Shown: piece by piece, positions 1-9,080 of the stretch
Position numbering within the stretch: position 1 is the stretch's first letter
How the letters are laid out: each line of letters starts with the position of its first letter
Assembly: GCA_963729625.1 (NCBI GenBank)
Contig: CAVSOU010000010.1
Location: forward strand, 1 to 64,000
Length of the DNA stretch: 64,000 nucleotides
Direction: 5' to 3'
From: an uncultured bacterium
GTDB taxonomy: Bacteria; Chloroflexota; UBA5177; JANWHV01
Program-made: the position numbers and the translations under genes
Notes under the pieces: generated by a model
The model's input: only the letters and a program-made list of their open reading frames with translations
Databases searched by the model: none
What the model was told of the DNA's origin: nothing

Positions 1-53
1 TCTGGTCACCGCAACTATTTCGCCGCGACCGGCGCTCCTTCAGGACACCGCGC
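1..53. repeat. Direct repeat copy 1 (~53 bp, may extend left of the window); contains the SDR stop codon
   Basis: tctggtcaccgcaactatttcgccgcgaccggcgctccttcaggacaccgcgc matches 1175-1226 with one indel and one substitution. Confidence 0.9.
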
Positions 54-1014
54 TCAAGGATGCTGGGTAAGACAAGTCGACGCCGGAGACACTGACGACG
101 GCCTGCCACGCGGCTTCTTGGCTGGCGCGATCGTGGAGGTGAGGGTGGCGCTGCGCCTCAATTGGGCCTGAGAACTTCCCTTGAGCCGAGGCGAAGAATT
201 GCCCTGAGACGTCGGTTCCGAACTTCGACGCCTGGAGGTACCGACGGGCCGCGGTCTCCGGCGTCTGATTCATGCCGGGAATGAGGTTCACGATTGGGAT
301 AAACAGATACTTCAACAACGGGCCAGCGCTTCGCACCACCTTGGTGTCGGTCGCCCCACCGGGCGAGACAGCATACACGGCCATGCCGGAGGGTAGCCGG
401 CGCGCCAGAGCCGCGACCCACCAAGCGATAATGAGCTTCGCGTCGGCATACGTATTGTTGGGCACGTACCTCACGTTCGGCCCGTTGCGAATCAGGGCTT
501 CAACAGCGGCGGTTCGGTCACCCCGGTGGTATTTGGCCGCGAAGGCTGGCACGTCGGTGTACTTGAACATGGGGACGCCCCCTCGGGCTGGCTCCGCACC
601 GGCGATAACAATCCGCGCGTTGGGGCTCAGCAGGTTGGCGCGGAGCAACCCGACAGTCAGTTGATGATGGCCGATCAGCGGGGCCTGAGACGCCTCGACG
701 CCCGCCGCAGTGAGCACGCGCTTCTTAAATGGGACCAACCCTGCATTGAGCAGCAGGAAATCAATCGGCTTACCTAGCTTAACCAGCTCGGTGAGGGCGG
801 ATTGAACGCTGGACGGCGCGTCCAGATCCAGCTCCAACGGCGTGAAGACCTGTGTCTTGGTCTCAGCCGCGAGCTGAGCGGCCGTTTCTTGGACCCGGGC
901 CAGGCTGCGCCCGGTGACGATAACCTGGCGGTAGCCCCCGATGGCGAGTAACCGGGCTGCCGCATAACCGAGCCCGGAGGTGGTGCCGGTGACGAGTGCG
1001 ATCGAATGTTCCAT
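40..1014 (-). CDS. SDR-family NAD(P)-dependent oxidoreductase
   Basis: N-terminal ALVTGTTSGLG Rossmann motif, LLNAG, catalytic YADAK (YxxxK); AAGGAG RBS upstream. Confidence 0.9.
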   Translation of the reverse strand: MEHSIALVTGTTSGLGYAAARLLAIGGYRQVIVTGRSLARVQETAAQLAAETKTQVFTPLELDLDAPSSVQSALTELVKLGKPIDFLLLNAGLVPFKKRVLTAAGVEASQAPLIGHHQLTVGLLRANLLSPNARIVIAGAEPARGGVPMFKYTDVPAFAAKYHRGDRTAAVEALIRNGPNVRYVPNNTYADAKLIIAWWVAALARRLPSGMAVYAVSPGGATDTKVVRSAGPLLKYLFIPIVNLIPGMNQTPETAARRYLQASKFGTDVSGQFFASAQGKFSGPIEAQRHPHLHDRASQEAAWQAVVSVSGVDLSYPASLSAVS

Positions 1015-1061
1015 GTGTATTCTCCTTGCGACGCCAGCGGCGCCTAGCTAATTGTGAACTA

Positions 1062-1097
1062 CTTAGTACCATACTAAGGAGCAGAGGCCGCTGTCAA
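1062..1097 (-). promoter_or_regulatory. Sigma70-like promoter of the SDR gene with a palindromic operator over the -10
   Basis: Minus strand reads TTGACA-N18-TATGGT; perfect inverted repeat CTTAGTA-cca-TACTAAG at 1062-1078. Confidence 0.6.
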
Positions 1098-1174
1098 GTA
1101 CTTTTCGAACTAGTTATTTCAAAATACCGTAGGACCCCGTGGACGAGCACGTAGCGCCGCAATCGCATGCTGAT

Positions 1175-1226
1175 TCTGGTCACGCAACCATTTCGCCGCG
1201 ACCGGCGCTCCTTCAGGACACCGCGC
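1175..1226. repeat. Direct repeat copy 2
   Basis: Near-identical to 1-53. Confidence 0.9.
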
Positions 1227-1240
1227 AGAATGGGACGGGA

Positions 1241-1786
1241 TCAGCGCACCTGCCCGCGCCGGCGCGCGACCGCCTCGGCGGCATGCTGCGCCGTGGCCTC
1301 AGCGTAGCGCGCGCCGTTCTCACGCGCCTTGGCGCTCTCCAGCATGAGCTGGGTTGCGGTCTCCTCGGGACTCCAGCCCCAGTCGATGGCGGTCATGCAC
1401 CAGGTGAAGTCCGCCTTGCTGATGTCCGGGCCGGTGCCGTCGTGGTTGGGCGGGGCGCCCCCCACGCAGCGCTGGTAGTCAGGCCACTGCCTCACTCCGG
1501 CTTTCCGGAGCCGAGAAGCTCGAAACGAGGGGGGAGCGATCGGGGCTTCCTTCGGGGCGAAAAGCTTGAACTCGTCGAGTTGCGCCGGCGTGGAAATCCG
1601 ACCGGGGGCGCTATGGACGATCGCCACAGTGGGGTAGTCGGGCGCGTACTTGTCCTTGAAATTGAGGCTGCCGGCGACACGGGTCGCGCCGCTCGCCGAG
1701 GGATCAGCCCCTGCCGACAATCCGGAGTCACTCAATCTTGCGGGTGCCACCTGTCGGTTCCACTCGGTTATGGTCAAATGGCCCAA
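1241..1786 (-). pseudogene. C-terminal fragment of a RepB-type DNA primase/replication protein
   Basis: GADPSASGATRVAGSLNFKDKY and PDISKADFTWCMTAIDWGWS resemble RepB-primase-domain proteins of mobile elements; the N-terminus is missing. Confidence 0.55.
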
Positions 1787-1859
1787 AAACCAAGGAATCG
1801 TTGTCTGCCCCCGTGTAGGTACGAAGCATCAACTGAGGAACGTAGTGGCCTTTCGCCAT
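1728..1859 (-). pseudogene. Truncated N-terminus of a DUF4238-like protein
   Basis: AAGGA RBS then MAKGHYVPQLMLRTY, similar to the DUF4238 HYVPQxxLR start; stops after 43 aa. Confidence 0.4.
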
Positions 1860-2006
1860 GCGATCCGTTTCCTTTCCGCGGTACCAGACCTCTCGAGACC
1901 CAGCCGACGTGACCACAGTGTGCTGCCATGCCGCCTTGTCTCTCGCCGCTTCCACATCGGGGTCAGTCTGTGTCGCTCCATCGCACAGCGGAGTGCCGAG
2001 GACGTC

Positions 2007-2028
2007 ATCGCAAAAATATCGCAAAAAT
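2007..2028. repeat. Tandem 11-bp direct repeat (ATCGCAAAAAT x2), like an integrase arm site
   Basis: Exact tandem copies about 57 bp from the tRNA-Ala 3' end. Confidence 0.7.
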
Positions 2029-2071
2029 GGCCCCGGCGAGTCCTCGGAGGGACCCCTGCCGGGGCCATTTT
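2024..2071 (-). terminator. Intrinsic terminator hairpin downstream of tRNA-Ala
   Basis: Inverted repeat aaaatggccccggc...gccggggccatttt with A/T tracts on both sides. Confidence 0.75.
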
Positions 2072-2084
2072 ACGCTTGAAACGC

Positions 2085-2160
<76 letters not shown>

Positions 2161-2179
2161 GAGACACCGGGAATCCGTC

Positions 2180-2461
2180 CTATTGCGGCACGGTCTCGGC
2201 GGCCACGACAAGCTCGTGAACACTCACGCGCTGCCGGTTCTTCACCTGCCGCTCAAAGACTACCTCTCCATCGACCAAAGAGTACAGTGTGAAGTCTCTC
2301 CCCATGCCGACATTGTCACCGGGCTTGAACTTCGCGCCACGCTGGCGAACGATGATGTTTCCGCTGATCACCACTTCGCCGCCATATCGCTTCACGCCCA
2401 GGCGCTTTGATTCGCTGTCGCGCCCGTTACGGGAGCTGCCAACGCCTTTCTTGTGCGCCAT
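2180..2461 (-). CDS. rpmA: 50S ribosomal protein L27
   Basis: [16 protein letters not shown]...KRLGVK signature. Confidence 0.99.
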   Translation of the reverse strand: MAHKKGVGSSRNGRDSESKRLGVKRYGGEVVISGNIIVRQRGAKFKPGDNVGMGRDFTLYSLVDGEVVFERQVKNRQRVSVHELVVAAETVPQ

Positions 2462-2568
2462 CGTGTAGTACCTACTCTTTCCTGAACCGGCACCGCCGTC
2501 GCGAGCGCCGCACCACTAACGTCGGGCGTGCCGCACAGCCAACCCGCAGCCGGAGGCCCCCGATGCGA

Positions 2569-2889
2569 TTACAGGGCCTGTACTTGAATCGCGCTGACCA
2601 GCACGTGCGTCTGGCTCTGCCGATGGCCGGTCTTGCGGCGATAGCGAACCTTCGGCTTGTACTTGAAGACGATGATCTTTGGACCGCGATCCTGACGCAC
2701 GACTTTCCCGATCACCTTGGCGCCCGCAACCATCGGCGTGCCTACGGTGACCTCAGAGCCGTCACTCACCATCAGAACCTTGTCGAATTCGACGTCCTGG
2801 CCGGTTGACACGTCGAGTTTCTCGACTGTCAGCGTCTGCCCGACCTGTACCTTATATTGCTTTCCACCCGTCACCAGTACTGCGTACAC
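2569..2889 (-). CDS. rplU: 50S ribosomal protein L21
   Basis: MYAVLVTGGKQYKV...GHRQ signature; next to rpmA. Confidence 0.99.
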   Translation of the reverse strand: MYAVLVTGGKQYKVQVGQTLTVEKLDVSTGQDVEFDKVLMVSDGSEVTVGTPMVAGAKVIGKVVRQDRGPKIIVFKYKPKVRYRRKTGHRQSQTHVLVSAIQVQAL

Positions 2890-3163
2890 GGTATCCTCAT
2901 CATTTGCCCGTCTCGCCGGCGCGTATCAGGCGCCACAAGGTCAGACGATAACAACTTCAAGAGCTTGTTGTCAAGCGTTTACGCCATCCGCTCCGCGAGA
3001 GGACGCACGGGCGCACACCAATACAGTATGCCCGATTCCCGGCACGAGCACTTCTCGGTCACCGCCATTCAGTGTGGCTTGTGCAATGCGGTGCGAGCAC
3101 GAGAGAGGGCGCGAGTTCTGGTATCCTGACCACGATCAGCCAGCTACGACCCCAGGAGGTCGA

Positions 3164-4195
3164 ATGGACTCGATGCATTCGCCCCGTCGCTTGCTCGTTT
3201 GTGGCGGCGCCGGCTTTATCGGTAGCGCGTACGTACGCTTCGTACTGGCACAGGAGGGCGTCCAGCACGTCACCGTTCTCGACAAGCTGACGTACGCCGG
3301 CAACCTGGCCAATCTGGATGATCTGCGCTCCGACTCCCGTTTCGCCTTCGTTCACGCCGACATCGCGGACGGCGGAGCCGTCCGATCTTGTCTCGAGCAG
3401 GTCGATACCGTGGTCAATTTTGCAGCTGAGACCCATGTGGATCGCTCGATTCAGGATGCAGGCTCCTTCATTCTGACCGATGTGTATGGACTCCACGTAT
3501 TGCTCGGTTGTTGCCTGGCCGCCGGAGTGAGCAGGGTCCTGCAAGTCTCTACGGACGAGGTGTATGGAGAAGTCGTGACAGGAGTGTCAAGCGAAGACGA
3601 TGTGCTGTTACCCCGTAGCCCCTACGCGGCGAGCAAAGCAGGTGGCGATCTGCTCGCACGGGCATACCATATCACTCACGGGCTGCCAGTGGTCGTGACT
3701 CGCGGCTCAAACACATTCGGACCGCGCCAGTACCCGGAGAAACTGATGCCGCTGTTCATCACGAACGCTCTCGACGGCCAGCCGGTGCCGGTGTATGGTG
3801 ACGGCCTGCACGTGCGCGAGTGGATTGCCGTCGACGATCATTGTTCGGGTATCCACGTCGCGCTGACTCGCGGCCTGCCCGGTCAGGTCTATAACGTCGG
3901 CAGTGGCAACCATCGAACCAACCTCGATGTGACCATGCAGATTCTCGCGCTCTGCGGTCGGGGCGCGGAGCTCATTCGTTATGTAGAGGATCGTAAGGCG
4001 CACGATCGCCGGTATGCGATCGACTGTTCGAAGCTGCGCGCCCTGGGCTGGGAGCCCACGGCGCGGTTCGAAGATGCTCTTGCCGCTACCGTCGACTGGT
4101 ACCGCGAGCACGAGGACTGGTGGCGCCAAATACGCGAGGGAACCGCGTTCGCGGAGCACTATCGCCGCACCTACGCGGGCCGCGCGACCACGTGA
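3164..4195 (+). CDS. rfbB: dTDP-glucose 4,6-dehydratase
   Basis: GGAGFIGS, DKLTYAGN, FAAETHVDRSI, STDEVYG, YAASKA; GGAGG RBS before ATG 3164. Confidence 0.95.
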   Translation: MDSMHSPRRLLVCGGAGFIGSAYVRFVLAQEGVQHVTVLDKLTYAGNLANLDDLRSDSRFAFVHADIADGGAVRSCLEQVDTVVNFAAETHVDRSIQDAGSFILTDVYGLHVLLGCCLAAGVSRVLQVSTDEVYGEVVTGVSSEDDVLLPRSPYAASKAGGDLLARAYHITHGLPVVVTRGSNTFGPRQYPEKLMPLFITNALDGQPVPVYGDGLHVREWIAVDDHCSGIHVALTRGLPGQVYNVGSGNHRTNLDVTMQILALCGRGAELIRYVEDRKAHDRRYAIDCSKLRALGWEPTARFEDALAATVDWYREHEDWWRQIREGTAFAEHYRRTYAGRATT

Positions 4196-5067
4196 TCGTC
4201 TGTCTGGGCGACATATTCCTGGATGTTCATGTCCGCCTTGCGCAGGCCGCGAACAGCGCGCTGCGGCCAGAGCCCGTTGCCGCCGTACCAGGGGGCGCGG
4301 CTGCAAACACCGCCTGCTGGCTGGCAAACAGCGGCGCCGCCGCCGGCTTCATCGGATCCGTGGGAACCGATTTCGCGGGCGATGCCCTTGTCGCCGATCT
4401 TCGACTCCGCGGCGTGCGCGCTGCCGTCTCCCGCATCCCCGACATGGCCAGCGGAATCTGCGTGATCGCTCGCGACCCGGACGGTCGCACCGGCGTGAGC
4501 GTGCGCAGAGGCGCGAACGACGTGCTGCTGCTCGATGAGCCGCAGCGCCGGCTCCTCCTCGCCGCCGCGTGGATTCACGTTTCCGCGTACGCCTTCTTCG
4601 CGAAGTCGTCGAGACCTGTCGTGCTTGAGGCAATCGAGCTGGCGCGTTCGCAAGGATCGCCAGTCTCCCTCGATCTTGGCGCGCCGCACCTGGTGCATGA
4701 GGTGGGACCTGCAGAATACCTCCAATTGCTTCGCGCGGTGCGCGCGCGGTTGCTGTTCGCAAATGAGACTGAGGCCGATCTGTTGGCCGGCTCGGACGAC
4801 CCGCTGGATGCAGTTGCCGCACTGGCGGAGATCGCGATCCTCAAGCGCGGCGCGGCCGGATGCGTGGTATGCGATGGGCAACGACGCACCGAAGTCGGTG
4901 CAGTCGCGGCAAACGAGGTCGATTCGACGGGCGCCGGCGATGCCTTTGCCGCCGGCACGCTCGCGGCACTCGCCGTCGGCCGTGACATCCTGGATGCGGT
5001 GCGGGCAGGCGCGATTCTGGGTGCGCGTTGCGTGACCACCGTCGGCGGGCGACCGCGGCTGGTGTGA
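4192..5067 (+). CDS. PfkB-family carbohydrate kinase
   Basis: PGGAAANTA and DSTGAGDAF PfkB motifs; GTGA overlap with the rfbB stop. Confidence 0.9.
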   Translation: MIVCLGDIFLDVHVRLAQAANSALRPEPVAAVPGGAAANTACWLANSGAAAGFIGSVGTDFAGDALVADLRLRGVRAAVSRIPDMASGICVIARDPDGRTGVSVRRGANDVLLLDEPQRRLLLAAAWIHVSAYAFFAKSSRPVVLEAIELARSQGSPVSLDLGAPHLVHEVGPAEYLQLLRAVRARLLFANETEADLLAGSDDPLDAVAALAEIAILKRGAAGCVVCDGQRRTEVGAVAANEVDSTGAGDAFAAGTLAALAVGRDILDAVRAGAILGARCVTTVGGRPRLV

Positions 5068-5139
5068 ACGGCAAGTCGCACAGACCAGCAGATGCTTGGG
5101 AGCGCCGCTTCACGTAGGCGATCCCACATGATTGGCCAC

Positions 5140-5182
5140 TTGACTTCCGAGCTCTGGCGTTCTTTAATAGAACTGATGTTCT
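5140..5182 (+). promoter_or_regulatory. dnaE2 promoter with LexA (SOS) box
   Basis: TTGACT-N17-TTTAAT followed directly by AGAAC-TGAT-GTTCT (GAAC-N4-GTTC, Gram-positive/Chloroflexi type). Confidence 0.8.
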
Positions 5183-5200
5183 TATATCTTCCAGGCACGT

Positions 5201-8200
5201 ATGGATTACGCCGAGCTGCACTGCCATAGCTACTACAGCCTGCTCGACGGCGCCTCCGCGCCTGAGGCCCTGGTAGAGCGCGCGGTGGAGCTTGGGCTTG
5301 CGGCAGTGGCAATTACGGATCACGACGGCCTGTATGGCGCTGTTCGCTTCTCTATGGCGTGCCGGAAGGCCGGCCTGCCCGCCGTGATCGGTTCGGAGGT
5401 CACGCTCGACGACGGCGCGCACCTGGTGCTTCTTGCCCGGACTCAGGAGGGCTACCACAATCTGAGCCGCCTGATCAGCAAGGCGGGACTGGCCGGTTCC
5501 AAGCGACGCCCAGTGCTGCCGCTTGCGCTGGTTGAGCAGCACGCCGAGGGTCTGATAGCACTCTCGGGCTGCGCGAAAGGCGGCGTACCGCGTCTGCTGT
5601 CGGCTGGGGACGGCCCGGGAGCTCGCGCTCTGGCTGCCAGGATGGCGCGCATGTTCGGCGCGGACGGCTTCTGGCTGGAGATCCAGCGGCACTTGATTGG
5701 CGAGGACAGTGCGCTGGTGGCAGCGCTGGCCGGTCTGGCTACCGAGATGGGCATCGGCCTCGTGGCGACGAACGACGTGCATTACGCGCGCTCACCCGAT
5801 GCCGATCTCCAGGACGCGCTCGTCTGCATTCGCGAGCACATCACCGTCGATCAACCGCATCCGGCTCGACGCCGCAACGCCGAATTCGGCTTGAAGAGCC
5901 CGCAGGAGATGGCGGCGCTCTTCTGCGACTATCCAGAGGCAGTGGCTAATACCGTGCGTATCGCCCGGCAGTGCGAGGTCGATCTGGACTTCTCGCGCGT
6001 GCGTCTACCACCATTTCCCGTGCCCGCGGGTCGAACGCCCGTGGAACATCTTCGCGCGCTGTGCCTGGAGGGACTGTGGCGGCGTTTTGGGCAGCCATCG
6101 AAGGCTGCCATCGACCAGCTGGCGCACGAGCTCGGCGTCGTTGAGCGCACAAAGCTGGCCGAGTACTTCTTGATCGTGCACGATATCGTGCGGTTCGCGC
6201 GCGCAAACGGCATCCTCTGTCAGGGGCGCGGCTCCGCGGCCGATTCGCTGGCGGTCTACTGTCTTGGTATCACGCCTATCGATCCGCTGGCGCATCATTT
6301 GCTCTTCGACCGCTTTCTCAATGAAGGTCGGGCTACGATGCCGGACATCGACCTGGACATTCAAAATGATCGGCGTGAGGAGGTGATCCAATACGTGTAC
6401 AACCGCTACGGCGAGGCGCACACCGGCATGGTCTGCAACGTGAACAGCTTCAGATCGCGCTCCGCTCTGCGCGATCTGGGCAAAGTGCTCGGCTTTGCGC
6501 CGGGGCTGATCGATCGGTTGGCCAAGAACGTCGACGGTTGGACGTCGGATGCCGCCCGCGGCGCAGTCGCACGCCTGGGATTGGAAGACGACACCGTCCA
6601 CGCGTATCCATGGGAAACGCTTATTCGCCTGGCGGAGGCCATCGATGGCTGCCCGCGTCACCTGTCGATTCATAGCGGCGGCATGATTATCACTGCGCGC
6701 CCGCTTATGGATCTGGTGCCATTGGAGCGCGCCACCATGCCTGGCCGGGTGGTTGTGCAGTGGAACAAGGACGATGTGGAAGATGCAGGCCTGATCAAGA
6801 TCGACCTTTTGGGGCTGGGCATGCTGTCTCTGGTGGCCGAGGCAGGCACGTTGATTCGACTCTGCGGCGGCGAAATGCCGGAGCAAGAGGATCTCCCGCT
6901 CGACGATCCCGATATCTACGCCATGCTCTGCCGCGGCGATTCCATCGGCTGCTTCCAGGTGGAGAGCCGTGCGCAGGAGCAGATGGTGCACAAGCACCAA
7001 CCACGGGAGTTCAACGACATCGTCGTCCAGGTTGCGATCATTCGCCCTGGCCCGATCATCGGAAACATGGTCCATCCGTATCTGCGCCGTCGCCAGGGCT
7101 TGGAGCCGGTGCGCTACATGCATCCGCTGCTGGAGAACATCCTGCGGGACACGCTTGGAATAGTGCTCTACCAGGAGCAGATCATCCAGATTGCCACCGA
7201 CGTCGCCGGGTTCAGCCCAGCCGAGGCAGACAGTCTGCGACGAGCCATGAGCAGCAATCGTTCTACCGATGCCATGGCCGCGCTGCGGGACAGATTCGAG
7301 GCTGGTTGCGTGCGTGCCGGGCTGCAGCCGGATGATGCCGCCGCATTGTTTACCCAGATCAGTGGTTTTGGCAAGTACGGATTCTGCCGATCGCATGCCG
7401 CCTGCTTCGCGTTGCTCGCGTATCAGTCTCTCTGGCTCAAACGCTATCACCCGCTGCCGTTCTACTGCGCCCTGCTCAACAATCAGCCGATGGGATTTTA
7501 CTCGCCGGCAGTGATAGCGGGAGACGCCCGTCGCCACAAGGTGCAGATTCTGCCTGTCGACGTACGCTACAGCCAGGCGCGCTGCAGCCTGGAGGAGGGC
7601 GGACTGCGGCTCGGCTACAACTACGTCCGCCATATCGGCTCCGCCGCGCTCGACCGTCTGCCTGAGGCGCTTGCAGGCGGCCCATTCACGTCGGTGGTCG
7701 ATTTCTGGGCTCGCACGGGGCTCGACGTCCGCGCCATGGCGGACCTGGCGCGTGTGGGCGCTTTCGACTGCTTCAGTGTTCCGCGCCAGAAGATACTGTG
7801 GGATCTGCCGCTGCTGGCTGAAGAGGCGCAAGCGCTGCGCGGGCAGCGAATCCTCTTGCGCGAGGACGACGAGCCGGCAGATCTTCCTGAGCCCGACGAC
7901 CGCGATCTGGCGCAAGCAGAGCAGGAAGTGCTGGGGATCTCCAGTGGCGTCCACCCCTTCCGATTCGTACGTGCGCTTCTGCCAAAGGACGTGCTCGCAG
8001 CCGAGTCGCTCCGCTTCGTCCCTGCCGGGCGTGCGGTTCTCGTTGCAGGCTTTGCCGTTTGCCGCCAGCGGCCGGGCACCGCGAAGGGCTTCGTCTTTCT
8101 GACGCTCGAGGATGAGACAGGCATGAGCAATGTGATTGTGCGGCCACAAGTTTACGAACGGCAACGGGCCCTGGTGCGGCGGCCGCTCGTAGTGGTAGAA

Positions 8201-8338
8201 GGCGTGATGCAGCGTGAAGGACGGGCGCAGAATGTCATTGCCCGCCGTTTTCTTGCCGTGGAGTCGGTGGCCGCGACGCCAGGAGAAAACGCCGGCAGCG
8301 GCGGTTACCCGGAGCACGCAGTCCATAGCTGGCGCTGA
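5201..8338 (+). CDS. dnaE2: Error-prone DNA polymerase DnaE2 (ImuC)
   Basis: YAELHCHSYYSLLDGAS PHP domain, GRGSAA, PDIDLD, QWNKDD, LLNNQPMGFY, RQRPGTAKG OB-fold; no tau-binding C-terminus. Confidence 0.95.
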   Translation: MDYAELHCHSYYSLLDGASAPEALVERAVELGLAAVAITDHDGLYGAVRFSMACRKAGLPAVIGSEVTLDDGAHLVLLARTQEGYHNLSRLISKAGLAGSKRRPVLPLALVEQHAEGLIALSGCAKGGVPRLLSAGDGPGARALAARMARMFGADGFWLEIQRHLIGEDSALVAALAGLATEMGIGLVATNDVHYARSPDADLQDALVCIREHITVDQPHPARRRNAEFGLKSPQEMAALFCDYPEAVANTVRIARQCEVDLDFSRVRLPPFPVPAGRTPVEHLRALCLEGLWRRFGQPSKAAIDQLAHELGVVERTKLAEYFLIVHDIVRFARANGILCQGRGSAADSLAVYCLGITPIDPLAHHLLFDRFLNEGRATMPDIDLDIQNDRREEVIQYVYNRYGEAHTGMVCNVNSFRSRSALRDLGKVLGFAPGLIDRLAKNVDGWTSDAARGAVARLGLEDDTVHAYPWETLIRLAEAIDGCPRHLSIHSGGMIITARPLMDLVPLERATMPGRVVVQWNKDDVEDAGLIKIDLLGLGMLSLVAEAGTLIRLCGGEMPEQEDLPLDDPDIYAMLCRGDSIGCFQVESRAQEQMVHKHQPREFNDIVVQVAIIRPGPIIGNMVHPYLRRRQGLEPVRYMHPLLENILRDTLGIVLYQEQIIQIATDVAGFSPAEADSLRRAMSSNRSTDAMAALRDRFEAGCVRAGLQPDDAAALFTQISGFGKYGFCRSHAACFALLAYQSLWLKRYHPLPFYCALLNNQPMGFYSPAVIAGDARRHKVQILPVDVRYSQARCSLEEGGLRLGYNYVRHIGSAALDRLPEALAGGPFTSVVDFWARTGLDVRAMADLARVGAFDCFSVPRQKILWDLPLLAEEAQALRGQRILLREDDEPADLPEPDDRDLAQAEQEVLGISSGVHPFRFVRALLPKDVLAAESLRFVPAGRAVLVAGFAVCRQRPGTAKGFVFLTLEDETGMSNVIVRPQVYERQRALVRRPLVVVEGVMQREGRAQNVIARRFLAVESVAATPGENAGSGGYPEHAVHSWR

Positions 8339-8460
8339 TTGTTTCCTGTGATTTGGGCTCGCCGGGTCGAGTTGGGCACCGCGATAAGCCGTATACTCAT
8401 ACAGAGAGGTGGCCCGAGATCTCCCTGCAGGGCGCCCGATTGTAGCATGGGAGTACCACG

Positions 8461-8916
8461 ATGCACGTGCCCGACACGAAGGCCGCGATAGTTGAGATGG
8501 CCCGTGAAGGCTATGCGAACTTCGACGCGGTACTCGCCGGCTTGGGCGCGAGCCGCCTGACAGAGCCGGGCCTCCCCGGGGAGTGGACGGTCAGGGATGT
8601 AGTGGCCCACGTCTCCTTCTGGCAATGTCGACTGCTGCGCATCCTGGACGGCGAGACTCTTGCTTTCGCGCTGCCAGGCGAGGACTATGAGACCGCGCTG
8701 AACCGTATCAATGACGAGGTGTACAGGCAGAGCATGAACATGCCAGCCTCCGAGGTCCTGTCCGCGTACACTGCTTCGCGCGATCGGGTTCTGGCCACAT
8801 TGCAGGAGCTATCCGAAGAGTCTCTTTTGAAGCACCTGGATCCTATCTGCTGGAATACATGGGAGCATTGCGAGGAGCACGCTGCGGCCATACGGCAGTG
8901 GTCAGGCTCCAGCTGA
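8461..8916 (+). CDS. DinB-superfamily four-helix bundle protein (ClbS/DfsB-like)
   Basis: WTVRDVVAHVSFW and NTWEHCEEH motifs. Confidence 0.75.
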   Translation: MHVPDTKAAIVEMAREGYANFDAVLAGLGASRLTEPGLPGEWTVRDVVAHVSFWQCRLLRILDGETLAFALPGEDYETALNRINDEVYRQSMNMPASEVLSAYTASRDRVLATLQELSEESLLKHLDPICWNTWEHCEEHAAAIRQWSGSS

Positions 8917-9022
8917 CCAGCTTGGCGGCCGGACAAGGCGCTCAGCGCGTGAGCGCCGGGACACATTGAGTAGCGCCGCTGTACGAGCGACAGACAGATC
9001 GTGACAGCAGACACTCAAATAG

Positions 9023-9059
9023 CCGCTCCCCTACCCAGAGGGCCCGGGTAGGGGAGCGG
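9023..9059. terminator. GC-rich hairpin between convergent genes
   Basis: 14-bp stem ccgctcccctaccc / gggtaggggagcgg. Confidence 0.65.
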
Positions 9060-9080
9060 AGCTGTTCTAACTAGTCAGAG

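Noticed and set aside
1-1226. Integron attC sites
   Set aside because: The repeats lack the RYYYAAC...GTTRRRY ends and internal palindromy, and there is no integron integrase; kept only as generic direct repeats.
2462-2568. Missing prp (ysxB) between rplU and rpmA
   Set aside because: L27 starts at MAHKKG without the cleavable extension, so the absence is normal.
6005-8326. 773-aa antisense ORF inside dnaE2 (and similar ones opposite pnp, ftsK and rnj)
   Set aside because: Shadow ORFs expected from high-GC codon bias; no recognisable motifs.
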